From Neoconidiobolus thromboides FSU 785 (Eukaryota > Fungi > Entomophthoromycota): a stretch of 64,000 nucleotides of DNA. Under the pieces are notes generated by a model, which saw only the letters and a list, made by a program, of their open reading frames with translations, made no database searches and was not told the DNA's origin. The stretch is from the NCBI GenBank assembly GCA_025603075.1, contig MU626341.1, positions 25,153 through 89,152 of the forward strand, given 5' to 3'. The translations under genes and the position numbers were made by a program. This document shows positions 38,181 through 51,098 of the stretch, one piece after another (position 1 is the first letter of the stretch; each line of letters opens with the position of its first letter).

Positions 38181-38572
38181 ATATCAAATTATTTCAATAA
38201 TTGTATCATATAATTGAACTTATGAAGAATTCTATAAATGGGCCAATTTGTTATATTTCTTATATGTTAAAGTTGGTAGATAAATTGGAAGTGAATATCA
38301 GGAGAGAGTACTAAGTATAAGTTTATTAACGAATAGATTCTTTGGAATTTTACTTTAATAAAATAATATGAAATGTAATCTCAAATTGGCTGGTGTATTT
38401 TTTTAAATCCTTATGATTTTTTTTAAATGAGATTTAGATTACGATTTACCTTATTTAATCATTTCAGTATTCTTATTTTAAAATTCCATGTCAGGATCAA
38501 AAATTGAAAATTTCAATATGTTTAAAAAAATTAATTTTTTCTTTAATTTTTAATTTTTAATAATTTTATGAA

Positions 38573-39660
38573 ATGAAAAGGATCAAAAGTAAAAGGGAAT
38601 TGATATTGAAATGGAAATCAAATCAGGTATATTTAACTATATTGTATTGTTTTTAGTTGATATTAAGAATAGTATTTTTTAGAATAAAGGATTAGGTTTG
38701 GATTTAAAGAGTATAGAAGAGAGGGGACTTGAAATAAAAAAAGAAAACGAGAAAAAGGAAAATAATAATGAGAATTTTATTGATTTAAATCTCAAAGAAC
38801 ATAATAAGAAGACAATAGAAGGGGAGAATATTATCAATAAAAGAAATGATGGAATAAAATTGCAAAATAAAGAAATGATAATTGAATCTAAGGATAATAA
38901 AAAGATTAAGTTACAAGGTAAGTTTCAAGCCATTACTTTGTTATTTTATATTTATTAATAGATTAGATAATAGTAATAATAGTAATATTGTTAATATTGA
39001 AAATAAATTAGGTAAGTTAAGAGTTTATGTCATATTGTTTGCATTTTAATTGATTTTTATAGAGAATGAAATGGACAGAATAAACGATATAAAATTACGA
39101 CTATTAGATAATACAGTAAGTAAAAGGATTGAGGAAAGGATAGATGAGGATATAGATAAGAAGATAGATAAGAAGATAGATAAGAATACAAATAACAACA
39201 TAAATAAAAGCATATCGAATTCAGACGAAACTACTGTTATTGACAATAAGAATTCATTGCTTATGAAATTAGATGAAACAATGAAACAAATGATCGAAGA
39301 AATGAATAATATAAAAAATGAAATGAACACTATAAAAAATGAAATAAAGATTATTAAAACTAATGAGAACAATGTAGAAAATAATAACAATGTATTAAAT
39401 AAAAATAATAATAACGGTATAATAAATCAAGTAATTCTCTTTTATTTAGAATTAATAATACTTATTTAATTTCTAGAAAACTATTAAATCCACTCAAACA
39501 AATTGTACCAACTCATCCGTCACAAACAATACTAATGAAACCCACTTAATGGCTTTAGCAATTAATAATATTTTATTACAAAAAGTAATCTACTATAAAT
39601 AATATAAATAAATAATAAACTAATAATTTATTAATAGTTAAAAAATCATAAAAACTGAAT
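38573..39660 (+). CDS. Unknown N/K/E-rich coiled-coil protein, multi-exon; boundaries approximate
   Basis: ORFs 38698-38958 and 39050-39469 are flanked by GT/AG sites; heptad run LDETMKQMIEEMNNIKNEMNTIKNEIKII; 12-nt IDKK repeats. Confidence 0.5.
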
Positions 39661-39682
39661 CAAAGAAAAAAGAAGAATTAAT

Positions 39683-40195
39683 TTAAGAATTGATTTGGTT
39701 GTGTAACCTTTGAAATTGAATAGCTCTTAATTTACGTTTTCTTAATATTATAAAGATAAGTGTAATTAATAGACTGATGAGTAATAAGGTCTAAATTAAA
39801 TAAAAACAAAAAGTTAGTAAATATGAAATTAAATAAATAAATCAAACTATTGTTGTCAAACTATTATTGTTATATTATTAATCTTACTTGAAAACTAAAA
39901 AATGAAATTTTTTCAAAGTAAATTTCTTCAGGACAAATATCATAATGATGAGTAATTTTACTGTTATTACGATCTAATGGATCTTTAATTGTACACTCAT
40001 ACCATTGTTGTAATTTTACAAAACCAGAGCAATGGAACTGAGTTTTCTAAAATGGTTAAAAAAGGAATTATTAGATTGAAGTTTTATAGAGATGAATGTA
40101 AAAGACAAACTTACTTTATCTTCTTCAGTACATGGTACACATAATCCAATTGGTGTACAATTTAATTCATTCCAATTTGTTGTTGGGAGAGACAT
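39683..40195 (-). CDS. JTB-like small single-pass membrane protein, 3 exons
   Basis: Spliced MSLPTTNWNELNCTPIGLCVPCTEEDK-KTQFHCSG...YECT...DICPEEIYFEKISFFSFQ-TLLLISLLITLIFIILRKRKLRAIQFQRLHNQINS*; six Cys, TM segment and basic tail as in JTB. Confidence 0.6.
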
Positions 40196-40370
40196 GTTAA
40201 GTTTTTGTAATAAGTTAATAAAAGAATAGAAGGATAAAAATTTCAATATCAAAAATAACGGGCTAATTTTAGTAATTAAACCAATAAAATTGAAAGTGAT
40301 TTAGTTTAAGCAAGTTGATGATTCTATTAAATGATTAAAGTTTATAAAATATGATTTTATTAGTTAAAAG

Positions 40371-41776
40371 ATGTTGAGGTTTTTAAGAATTCATACAAGT
40401 TATTTTAGTACCAACAAAATATTAAAACATACCAATCCTTTGGTAAGGAATATTTAAATAACAATAGTAACAAGTAATAAAACAGAGATCTAAATCAATA
40501 GAAATACAAATGACGCAGCAACAAGTAGTCTAAAACATATTTATTCATTTTCATTCATTTTCAGGGCTTACCAAAAAAAGGGGAAAAAGTAGCCCCGACG
40601 TTTAAAGCCAAAGTAGAAAAGATTAAAATACCCAATGTTAGAAATATAATAGCTATATCATCTGCAAAAGGAGGGGTTGGGAAATCAACTACTACTGGTA
40701 AATTTTGATTTCTAAACTAAATAATAATAATAATAATAAATATTATGAGTGATTCTAATTTATTATTATTTATTTAGTTAACTTAGCTACCGTATGTAAA
40801 CAATTAAATTTAAAGGTAGGTATACTAGACGCTGATTTATTTGGTCCTTCGATACCAAAATTGATGAATTTATATGGTGAACCGGAATTGGATAAAAATG
40901 GTAAGTTGTAATTCTATTCATTATATTAATATGTTGTATATTTGTATATTATGTATTTGTATCATGTAATTAGTATGAAATTTTTATTTATGTTTGTGTC
41001 ATTAGGTAGTATGATCCCTCTGGTTAATTATGGGGTTCATTGTATTTCAATGGGAAATTTAATTGATGAAGAACAAGCCGTTGTTTGGAGGGGTATGATG
41101 GTAATTTTATATTAATATTATTTCTAATTTATTCATATTTCTATTTATTTTAAAAAGGTTATGAAAGCTTTACAACAACTAATTTATCAAACAAAATGGC
41201 CTGAATTAGATATACTATTTATTGATATGCCACCAGGTACTGGCGATACTCAATTAACTATTTCCCAATTAGTTCCATTAAATGGTAAGTTTATTTGAAT
41301 AATAATAATAATAATTGATTATTGTTATTACATTAGTTGAGGTATTTATTCGTTTATTATTTTATAGGCTCAATAATAATTTCTACCCCTCAAGATATTG
41401 CTTTAATTGATGTTAAAAAAGGTATAAAGATGTATGAAAAAGTGAATGTTAAGGTAATCTCATTTTCTCACCTATTTCTATTTATCTATCTCATTAACTT
41501 CCTTCTCATTCTTTATAGATATTAGGTATTTTACAAAACATGAGTCAATTTGAATGTCCTAATTGTAAATCAATTCATTATATCTTTGGTAAAGATGGAG
41601 TTAAAACATTAGCATTGAGTAAAAAACTACAGTTATTAGAAGATTTACCTTTAAGTATGGAAGTGGCTAAATTAGCTGATAAAGGTACTCCAATTACAAT
41701 AGTTAGTCCAGAAAGTTTTGAAACTAAAATTTATAAAAATATTATGGAGAAAGTTTGGAAACAATTGAATAAATAA
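40371..41776 (+). CDS. IND1: Mitochondrial Fe-S P-loop NTPase Ind1/NUBPL, multi-exon
   Basis: Presequence-like N-terminus; [59 protein letters not shown]. Confidence 0.93.
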
Positions 41777-41919
41777 TGAAGGGGGTAAAAAGATGGAAAA
41801 TAAAAAAGTACAAATATAACTTAATAATTGTAATTGTAATTATAATAAAATGGTTCTTTTTATTTATTTATTTTTAATAATTTCAATTTCAATACAAAAT
41901 AAAATAAAAACTTAATTTA

Positions 41920-44031
41920 TTATTGTGGTGGTGGATAAGATGGGTTGGAATGATATGCAGGTGGTATATTGTTATTATAATCTTGAGTTGGTGGAGGATA
42001 AACAGAATGATTTGGTGGAGGTAGATTACTAGGAGCTGAATGAGGATATTCTTGTTGATTTGTATTTTGAAATGGATAAGAAGTTGATTGGTTTTCATAA
42101 GGATAAGGTGAACTAGTTAATGGTATTTCGTTATTATAACTTGAGTTCATATAATAATTGGAATGAGCTGTTAAGTTTGGATCACTTACATTCATGACTG
42201 GGTTAGGATTGGGATTAGAACTATGAATAGAATATCTTTCATAACTTGAAGTATCTAATAATAGCATATTAATATGAATATTTATTTGTTACAATTCTAT
42301 TATATGTAGCTTACGATGTAATTGAGGAGGTGGATTAGGTTGAATGCCAAATTGAATACGTTCATAATCCATTCTTGCTTTAACAAATTTTTCATTTAAA
42401 TTAACTAACATATCTAACAACAGTAAATAAAATGAATGATTAATTTCTTATATACAATATTTGATAATAATAAATTACCTTTTTTAAGTGAATAAGCGTT
42501 GATTAATTTTAATAATTTTGGACGAACTAATAAAGCAGAAGAATACATTTGTTGAACACTTTCATTCTCACCTAGATTTTCTTTATTGGGATCAAAATTA
42601 GCTAAGGTTTTTAATAGCTCATCAATCATAGATGCATCTTTATTAACTGATGCTTCTAGTTCTAACAAAGCAACGTCATCTAAAGTAACTGACTCAGGTA
42701 ATTTTTCCTATTAAAAATTATTATTATTATTGTATAATATAATAGCACACATACCACATAATTCGATGGAAATATACCCACACTTTGGTGTAATTCCCCT
42801 TTCCACCAATTTTGATATTGATCATCTACTACTTTGATAATATCACCTTTATGAAAACCTAATTCTCCTTTTTCGCTGGGTATAAAATCAAACAATGCTC
42901 TTACTTGAAACTTAACATTATTTTTCTATTTATAAATAATAAATTAAAGTTATAATTTTTATAATTTAATTTAGCTTACTTTGGTTGAAGCTTCATTAAT
43001 GCTACTTGTTTCACTATTAGCATATTTGTTCATATTACCACTTGTAGTAGCATTGATACTAACATTATTATTAGTAGTGGTATAACTTGGTTGATGGGTC
43101 TAAATAAATACTAATAAATAATTTGATAAAATTTATAATAATAGATTACTTTGGCTTCTCTTTCAGAAAGAGACAATGCTAACGCTAATTGAAATTCTTC
43201 TTCTTCTTTTTGTTGATCATAATTATCCTAAAAGTAAATAAATAAACTATCCATTAATGATATAATTAATTTTATAATTTACTTTAGCTTTAGGTAAAGA
43301 ACTATCTTTAGTAGGGAATACAAATCCTAATTAATGAACATCAAACTTTATACTTAATATCAATAAAAAGATTATGGTTACCTTGAGTAATTAATTGATT
43401 ATAAGTTTCTTCCATCAAACCTAAAGTTGGATCTGATTTAAATTCTTGACTCCAATCTCTAATTAATTGTAAAATACGGTCCTTAACTTTACTATGTACA
43501 GACTAATTATAGATTTAAATTAAAAATTACTATCGTCAAAGCATAAACAATAAATAAACCTACTTGATCTTTCAACACTCTTATTAAAGTAGTAGTAAAT
43601 GATCTTGAAGCAATTTCTCTTTTTGCTGACAACCCACTATTTTTTACTAAAGCTTCAGCTAACTATTAAAGTTTAATAAATTACTATTAATTATTTTTTA
43701 TAAAATTAACTAAACTTACTGTTAAAGAATAAAGTACTACATTAGCATTCCTATGAACCATACGCTTAATTAAAGCAGCAATACACTCTCTTGCACTATT
43801 GATTATAGTTTTAATTTGGTTGTTTACTATAGGAAATTCAATATTTTAAACTTACCTTGTTTCATTATTGACTTTATCACAAATTTCTAAATTGATAGCC
43901 CAATCTTCACTAGTCAAAGATTCACTAGTAGCTTTTGCTAAAAGAATAAAACATCAACAAAAGTTCTTTTTAATAATAAATCCATGTTACTTACCAACTT
44001 TATCTTCAAAAGGATTAGTCGAACGAAACAT
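41920..44031 (-). CDS. HSE1: ESCRT-0 subunit Hse1/STAM, multi-exon
   Basis: MFRSTNPFEDKV-AKATSESLTSEDWAINLEIC (VHS), EEEFQLALALSLSE (UIM), ALFDFIPSEKGELGFHKGD...WWKG (SH3), GAT region, P/Y/N-rich tail. Confidence 0.93.
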
Positions 44032-45049
44032 AATGGAGTTAAATAATAGAGGCTATTTATATATACAATAGAAACTATGGAAATTTAAATAAAAGTAATC
44101 AAATAACAATGAAAAATTAATTTTTTTTCACTTCAAGTGTTTTTGTTATTTTTATATCATCATTCAATTTTCTAAACCTAATTTTGTTAATATAGTCAAT
44201 TACCTCACTTTTTAATTAATAATTCATCTTTCATTGGTGCGATTTATAGCCAATAATTTAAATTAATCTAGCATTGCAACTTTCTATGATTTATTTAACT
44301 GTTTATTTGAGAATTAGTTTTTTTAAATTGTAAAGATATTAATAAATAGACTATACAAAAATAAAAAAGTAGAAATTTGATCTAAAAATCTATGCAAATT
44401 AAGTCATAACAGTTTCTACAGCTGTGTTCAAGAACTCTAATTAAATTTATAGCTTGGCATTCAACTTGCTTAGATTTCAATAGCTATTTATTTTTAATTG
44501 TCCGCTTGGCATTGAATAATTTTTTTACTAATTTATTAAAGTATCCGATGAATACTTTAGTTTTAATTCTATAATATTTTTCAATTTAGCTATATTTATT
44601 ATATAATTTTGTTATTGTCTATATGAAATGGGTTATTCATTAAGGATTACTAATAGACTACTTGTTCATTTAAATTAACAATCCGTTTTAATTTTTATGA
44701 TAATAATAAAAATAACTTAACAAAATAATAGAAACTTTCTAGTGCTTTGGTATTTTTTTATGTATAAAATATATATGCGAGTATTTTTAAATAAGCAAGC
44801 ATAGTAATCAAAATTTACAAATAATTTACTTTTATTTTAATTATATTATTGAAAAGTTTTGAGCTTTTTTATAGCTAGTTTAATTTAGTTTTTAATTTTT
44901 ATAGCTAATTATTTTAAAAATTGTTATTTAATACTTATTACAATATTTATTTTTATCTTATAAAAATCATTTAACTTTAATTCGACTTAGAAATAAAATG
45001 TCTTGACATGGAAATGCTTTTTTTTTGAAAACCTTCAAAGAACTTTTGG

Positions 45050-45420
45050 CTTCCAAGTGTTTTATCATTAGAGAGAATTTAAATTGAACTATTATGACAA
45101 TAAACCAAGAAGGTAGCCAGGTAAGGTAAAGGAGAGAAAATAGACAGTTCCAACCGGCCCACTTTCGAGTTTTGAAGGTTGAACGATATGGAAGTGAACC
45201 CCAGTTTGTAAATTGCAACCTAACAATGAAAAATGGTAAAAGCTGAGGCAGAAGAGTCTGTAACATTGGTGTTGGAGAATGAATCATAGTGAAAATAGAT
45301 CGCTCATAAACTTATAGCAATAGGGAAAGCTTGGAGTAGGACTTTAAGAGAGGCGGAGATAAGAGGTTGATTGTGTTTAGGAGACGTATTAAGGAAATTG
45401 GAGGTAGGGAAATTTAAAAA
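45050..45420 (-). mobile_element. Possible non-LTR retrotransposon (APE endonuclease) relic
   Basis: GC-richer block; minus frame with stops reads HYDSFSN...KVGRLELSIFSPLPYLATFLVYC, loosely like the APE GR...invYaP segment. Confidence 0.3.
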
Positions 45421-45472
45421 TTTAGTTATTTTGTGATAGAAAGGCTGAATAGTTAGACAAGAATAAATATAT

Positions 45473-45568
45473 GGGGATGTTTTTTTTGATCTCATTTTTT
45501 TCATTTTTTAAGCGCTACTTGAGCGGAAAGATTGTTACTAAAATTCTTAAACACAAAAATATATCCCC
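45473..45568 (-). mobile_element. MITE copy
   Basis: Full-length; ATAT/ATGT flanks. Confidence 0.88.
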
Positions 45569-45665
45569 ATGTAATTAATTTGAGATTTAAGAACATCACA
45601 GAAAATACATTCTTTACGGGAATTAGGGATAGAATGAGAAAGGTCAAGGGAAGCTTCAAGGCTCT

Positions 45666-45758
45666 GGTATTTTTGTGTTTGGGAATTTTACTAATAAATT
45701 TTTCGCCTAAATAGCGCTTAAAAAATAGAAAAAGTAATAAAACCAAAAAAACATCTTC
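45666..45758 (+). mobile_element. MITE copy, left end eroded
   Basis: GTATTTTTGTGTTTGGGAATTTTACTAAT...TAGCGCTT...AAAACATCTTC. Confidence 0.82.
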
Positions 45759-46099
45759 ATAGAATGAAATAGATTTTTAGGCTAAGAAATTTACACAAAA
45801 TAGTGTAGATAAAACATGTTCAGATGATTTTTTTTAACAATATATGATATAGGTAGGTATTCTCGTTAGACATAGTTGATAATCCATCCTTTAATCATAG
45901 GGCGCCAGCACTTAGCAAAGGCATTTTAGGTTGGGACTAATTGGTTTATTTTAAAAATAGGGTGACCTTTTTTTTAAATCATTAATGGAAGATTAGTCAT
46001 AAACTCGGTAGAGTATTAGCTTGGAGATAGGTGGAAAATATTTCTATTCATTTGTTTTTATATTTCTCGAGTGATATTGAGTAAAGAAATTTTAATAAA

Positions 46100-47130
46100 A
46101 TTTATAAATAAAAAGACATCTCCACATACTTTTTTAATCAGCTATTTTTAATCAGCTATTTTTTTACTATTAAATTAAACATTAAAATTAAAACAATGAA
46201 AAATTAGAATTTTCATTTTACCAGTCAATAAATATTAAGAGAGAGTAAGTTGCCTTGTGATATTTAACAAATCTAAATGAAAAGTTGCACTATACAAATT
46301 ATAATATGGTAAAGTTAAAGCGAAAAGTTTTGATTTTGTCAGTACTATAGTCAAATCAATGGGCTTAGCATACTCTAAGTTTCTATTTTTCAAAAGAAAT
46401 AATAAACGATGGTACAAGATAGGAATCATAATGTGCGATATATAAGCTAAGAGCATTTTTAATACGTATTTTACTAGGTTCAAGGTGCTAGTAATCAATA
46501 AATTAATATGTTTTCGGTATTATCTCAACACCAGAATAAAATAATTTTAAAGAAAGCGTAAGAAATTTAAAATAATAACATAAACGAAGACTTTGACAAA
46601 TATAAATATATAATAAGTTTGGATACAGACCATTTATGCTTGTTAACACTAAACTTCCAATTGGTCTTTGGTATTATTAAAACTCCTTGTAAATTCACTA
46701 ATGATCAACTGAGCATTAATATTTTTCAAAATCAATTTCCCCAACTATTTTCATTAATCAATGTAATTCGTTGACAGTTTTTTCGAGGATTTTTCATATC
46801 ATTTTATGTTAATCAATAGAGACAAATAACAAATTGAATGGATTTTAAATTATATTTTTTAAAATTAAACTTCAAACTACTTATCTTATTGAGATAATGT
46901 TGAGCAGTTAGATGTACAAAATAAGACGAGGTTGGAAACATTATTGGTGTATAACCAATTGAGCCATATATCATCCTTCTTTCGATGTTAGCTTGTAGAC
47001 TCAATCTACATATAAATTGTAGGCTCAAAAGCTCTCTAGCTTGAACCAAATAATCAATTAATTTTGTACAAATGTTATCTATCCATTTGAATTGTTTTAG
47101 TCTCGTCAACAATATAATAATACATTATAA
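46100..47130 (-). pseudogene. F-box protein pseudogene
   Basis: KQFKWIDNICTKLIDYLVQARELLSLQFICR...RRMIYGSI fits the W..L..YL...ELL.L..CR F-box pattern; downstream frames are broken. Confidence 0.5.
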
Positions 47131-47197
47131 AGCTTGTAAAGTTGACTTACAAGCAAATGGTGCTTTGAAATATAAATGCAAGTAGACTTCACAATAT

Positions 47198-47294
47198 GGG
47201 GGTGTTTTTTAGCTTCATTACTTTTTCTACCTTTTAAGCACTATTTGAGTGGAAAAATTGTTAGTAAAATTCTTAAACGCAAAAATACATCCCC
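47198..47294 (-). mobile_element. MITE copy, plus partial copy at ~47362-47430
   Basis: Full-length; ATAT/ATTT flanks; 300 bp upstream of HTH gene copy 1. Confidence 0.88.
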
Positions 47295-47593
47295 ATTTAG
47301 TGTTTTCTAACTCAGTTCTTATTAGTATTTAGGCTTATATTTTCTTAATAACAAGGGATGCTTAAATGTTTTAGTTTCACCACTTTTCTATTCTTTTAAG
47401 CATTATTTGGGTAGAAAAGTACTAAAATTGTCAAAATACTTGTTCACATATATTCTTTGCTAAAAAAGTAATAGTATTTGACCAAAGTTGAATTTCTTTT
47501 CAGCTGATTTATGAGCCACATAAAGAACAATACGACAAAAGTGCAGAATATAAAAGAGAGATTGGGTTGCTTGAACTCAAAAAAAATCAAGAA

Positions 47594-48700
47594 ATGGAAA
47601 AGCCACACTCATCTAAAAGAACTGTTTTAACAATGAAAATAAAGCTTGATATAATTCATTTAGCTCAAAATAAAATATCCCATCAAAGTATAGCAAAAAA
47701 ATATGGGGTTGGAAGAAGTACCGTAACCAAGATTCTATCTCATAAGGACAAGATTGTTCAATTAAGTAATGGTATATTGGAGGATGAAAGAAAAAGGATT
47801 AGATTAAATGAGTTTGAAGATATTGAGCGTAAAGTTCTTGGATGGTTTGGTGCCAATCATAAAAGGAACAAAAGCAGAATTCTAATGCTTCCATTACAAT
47901 ATAACAGACAAATTATAATTGATAAGGCCAATAAAATCGCTGTTGAGTTAGGCAAAGGTGATATTGTAGCTGATGAGAAGTGGTTAAAGAAATTTTGTAG
48001 AAGGCATAAAGTCAAGTTTATAAATGACATCAAGAATAATTCTACTTGTTTAAATGATACTTCAAACCATACCACTACTGACGCTAATTCATTAGATAAT
48101 GACACTGTATATATATCCTCTGATTCTAATAATGGTTTTGATTCTTCAATAAATAATAGTTATAATAAAACTAAAGACCAAATCGTTCAACATATCAATT
48201 ATCAAATACAAAATGAAAATGAAAGTGTGATTATTGAACCAAATAATCTAAATCTAACTGATTGTGAATATAATATTATTAATGATTTAAATCAAACAAT
48301 TAATAATTTAAGGAGAACGATTGACGATCTAAAACAAAATGTTGGTAATCGAGATTTGATGGTTGATTTTCTATCTGATCACGTTTATAGTTTGTCTGAA
48401 TATGTACTTTCAATAGGTCAATGTGTTACACAGGATAATCTACAATTCAGTAACTTAATTAACCACATGAATACATCAAATCAATTTTCAAATCCTTGTC
48501 TTTTGACTAATCTACACTTTCGTCAAATTGGTAATCAACTGAACATGGCTAATTTAAATAATACAATATCGTCAATTAATGCGTCTAACTCAATGTCAAA
48601 CTTTCAGGGCCTTCCAGGATTTGGCACTAACAATAATACCTCAAGCAACTTAGATAATCAATATTTACATTTCCCAAATTATTTTTTTGAGAATATTTAG
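47594..48700 (+). CDS. CENP-B/pogo-derived DNA-binding protein copy 1 (HTH_psq + Tc5-type HTH, coiled coil, N-rich tail; no DDE)
   Basis: KRTVLTMKIKLDII...SHQSIAKKYGVGRSTVTKIL (psq HTH); EDIERKVLGWF...IIIDKANKIAVELG...ADEKWLKKFCRRHKV (Tc5 HTH); first ATG at 47594. Confidence 0.88.
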   Translation: MEKPHSSKRTVLTMKIKLDIIHLAQNKISHQSIAKKYGVGRSTVTKILSHKDKIVQLSNGILEDERKRIRLNEFEDIERKVLGWFGANHKRNKSRILMLPLQYNRQIIIDKANKIAVELGKGDIVADEKWLKKFCRRHKVKFINDIKNNSTCLNDTSNHTTTDANSLDNDTVYISSDSNNGFDSSINNSYNKTKDQIVQHINYQIQNENESVIIEPNNLNLTDCEYNIINDLNQTINNLRRTIDDLKQNVGNRDLMVDFLSDHVYSLSEYVLSIGQCVTQDNLQFSNLINHMNTSNQFSNPCLLTNLHFRQIGNQLNMANLNNTISSINASNSMSNFQGLPGFGTNNNTSSNLDNQYLHFPNYFFENI

Positions 48701-49266
48701 GCTCGCTAAACGTGCTTTATCCTCTTCTTTAAATTCTGTACTTCTAAACTCTATACTTAATATTAAGCATTTCCAATATTTTCTAATTATAGTATATGTA
48801 TAATAAAAACAATATCCTTATATTATTGTTACTATTATCATAGTGCTATGTTGCTATAATTAATATACTCTACATCATAATAGCCATTTATTACTAGTCT
48901 ATTTTATTAATCATCAATCATAGTAAGCTAATCATGATCTTTAAATTTTAAATAACAATAATAATTTATGTTTAATTTTTGACCAAGCTTTTAACGATCA
49001 TTATAGTTAACATACATATGTATAGTGTGACAATAACTTTGTTTAAATTTATGTATATTTGTTAAAACATTTTACAACAATAATAAAATTGAGTTAATTT
49101 GAATACATGAAAGTATTTTATTCTTATCAATAATTACATAGACTAGATAGTAAAATGCTATTACCTTTAAAAGAAATATCAAAAAATAATACAGGAAACC
49201 TGTATCCAAATGCAAAACTATAAAAGCATAAAGATTGAACTCTATTTCTATAATTTCTTATTTGAA

Positions 49267-50546
49267 ATGAATTCAACCTTTGATTTAAACAACCCAGACT
49301 CTTACCACCATAAAACCATTCAACTAAAAGATAAAATTTATCGTAAGTAATTAAATCACTCATATAAAGTCAAACCAACAATTTTTCAGATTATGTTGAA
49401 GAAGGTTTAGAAAATGCACCATATGTTTTATTACTACATGGGTTCCCAGAAGTAAATCAAAAGATCAACAAACTATAAACCTCTAATCAGTTTTTAGTCC
49501 TGGTACATGTGGAAGTACCAGATTTCATACTTAGTTGAAAAAGGGTATCACGTGGTAGCCTTTGATATGCCAGGTTATGGAGAAACAAAAGTAGAAAACA
49601 AACTTGAAAATTATACCTTAAAAGTGATAGCTGAGGATATTCATACTATTTTCACAGAGAATTTTCAACAGAATAAAGTATATATCATTGCTCATGATTG
49701 GGGTAGTTTTGTTGGTTGGGAATTAGCTTATAGATATCCAGAAAATATTCAAGGCTATATTAGTTTAAGTATACCATATTTTCCAACACTTGGAGAGCCA
49801 AAGAGTGAAAGACAAAAAGCTGAAGCATTTCCAGTTCTTGGTTATCAGGTAATTTGAAATACACAGCCAAGTTAGTGAATCAAGGTAATTAGCTATTTTA
49901 TTATTATATAGGTGGCTTTGAATGAAGGAAACATTGGAGAGTTTGATCAAAATGTAGAAAAATTTGTCAAAGCTTTTTATATCACGGTACCAAACTTTGA
50001 CAAAACTAATTATCTTAAAGTACCCTTGGATAAGTCATTGTTTGATCACTTTGATACTTTTGATAACTCAAAATCGGAATATATTGATGAAAATGTAACA
50101 GTTGTTATTTTTATTAAATATAATTAATGTTTATTAATATTCCTATATAGTACTTGAATTATTTAATCAAACAATTTAAAATTCAAGGTACCCAGGGCCC
50201 AACTAATTGGTATCGTACAAGCTTATTGAATGGTAAAAACGATCAAGAGAAGCCCAATTTAAATATTAGTGTTAAATGTTTACAGGTAAGGATATGCTTA
50301 ATGCTTTCATTATATTGGTTTTTAACGAAGAAATAGATATTAGGTGATAGAGATTTCTGTACAGGATTTAAAGATTTTGCTCAACATTACTTAAAAGAGG
50401 CTTCAACGGAGGCAAGTGGCTTATACTTTTTAATTATTAGTCTTTAATAACTGTTTTTACAGATTATCAATGGTGGTCATTGGATTCAATATCTTAACTA
50501 TGAGAAAGTGAATTCACTGATTGGAGATTTTTTAAAGCAGGTTTAG
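49267..50546 (+). CDS. Alpha/beta-hydrolase epoxide hydrolase, multi-exon
   Basis: Spliced HYVEEG...LLLHGFPESWYMWKYQ...FDMPGYG...AHDWGS (nucleophile Asp)...GPTNWYR...GGHWIQ. Confidence 0.9.
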
Positions 50547-50596
50547 AATTCAAATCGACAACTGTTATTCAAAATAAAATTAAGCTATCATTATGT

Positions 50597-50672
50597 GAAG
50601 TGTTTTTTTGGTTTCATTATTTTTTCCATCTTTTAAGCATTATTTGAGCGAAAATCATTAGCAAAATCCTTT
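50597..50672 (-). mobile_element. MITE copy, truncated
   Basis: GAAGTGTTTTTTTGGTTTCATTATT...AAGCATTATTTGAGCGAAAAT. Confidence 0.75.
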
Positions 50673-50753
50673 AATATATGTGAATGTATTTTTTTAATAT
50701 ATGTCTCACTTTCAAGAATTTAAAAAACAGCTGTGATAAACCTCAACATTGTA

Positions 50754-50824
50754 TGCGTACACTGGGAATCGAACCCAGGCCACTTCTTTGGAAGAGAAGT
50801 ATTCTACCTCTATACTATGTACGC
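50754..50824 (-). tRNA. tRNA-Gly(TCC), intronless
   Basis: GCGTACA acceptor stem pairs with TGTACGC; D arm GTATAGAGGTAGAAT; anticodon arm CTTCT-CT-TCC-AA-AGAAG; T arm CTGGG-TTCGATT-CCCAG. Confidence 0.95.
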
Positions 50825-50897
50825 TAAACTTATTTTTATAGAAAGATTTAAAAATATATATTAAAAAAAGTTAGTCATTATAATAGTTCACCCATAT

Positions 50898-50993
50898 GGG
50901 TGTATTTTTTTTGACTTCATTATTTTTCCACTTTTTAAGTGTTATTTGTGGAAAATTTGTTAGTGAAATTCTTAAGCACAAAAATACATCACC
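50898..50993 (-). mobile_element. MITE copy
   Basis: Full-length; ATAT/ATAT flanks. Confidence 0.88.
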
Positions 50994-51098
50994 ATATAAT
51001 TTAATTACACTTTTAGTAAAAGTATGGATATTTTCAGTAAAAAAACAGCAGAAATAAAAATTTTAACTTTATCACTTCCAGAAATGATCTTAATATGA

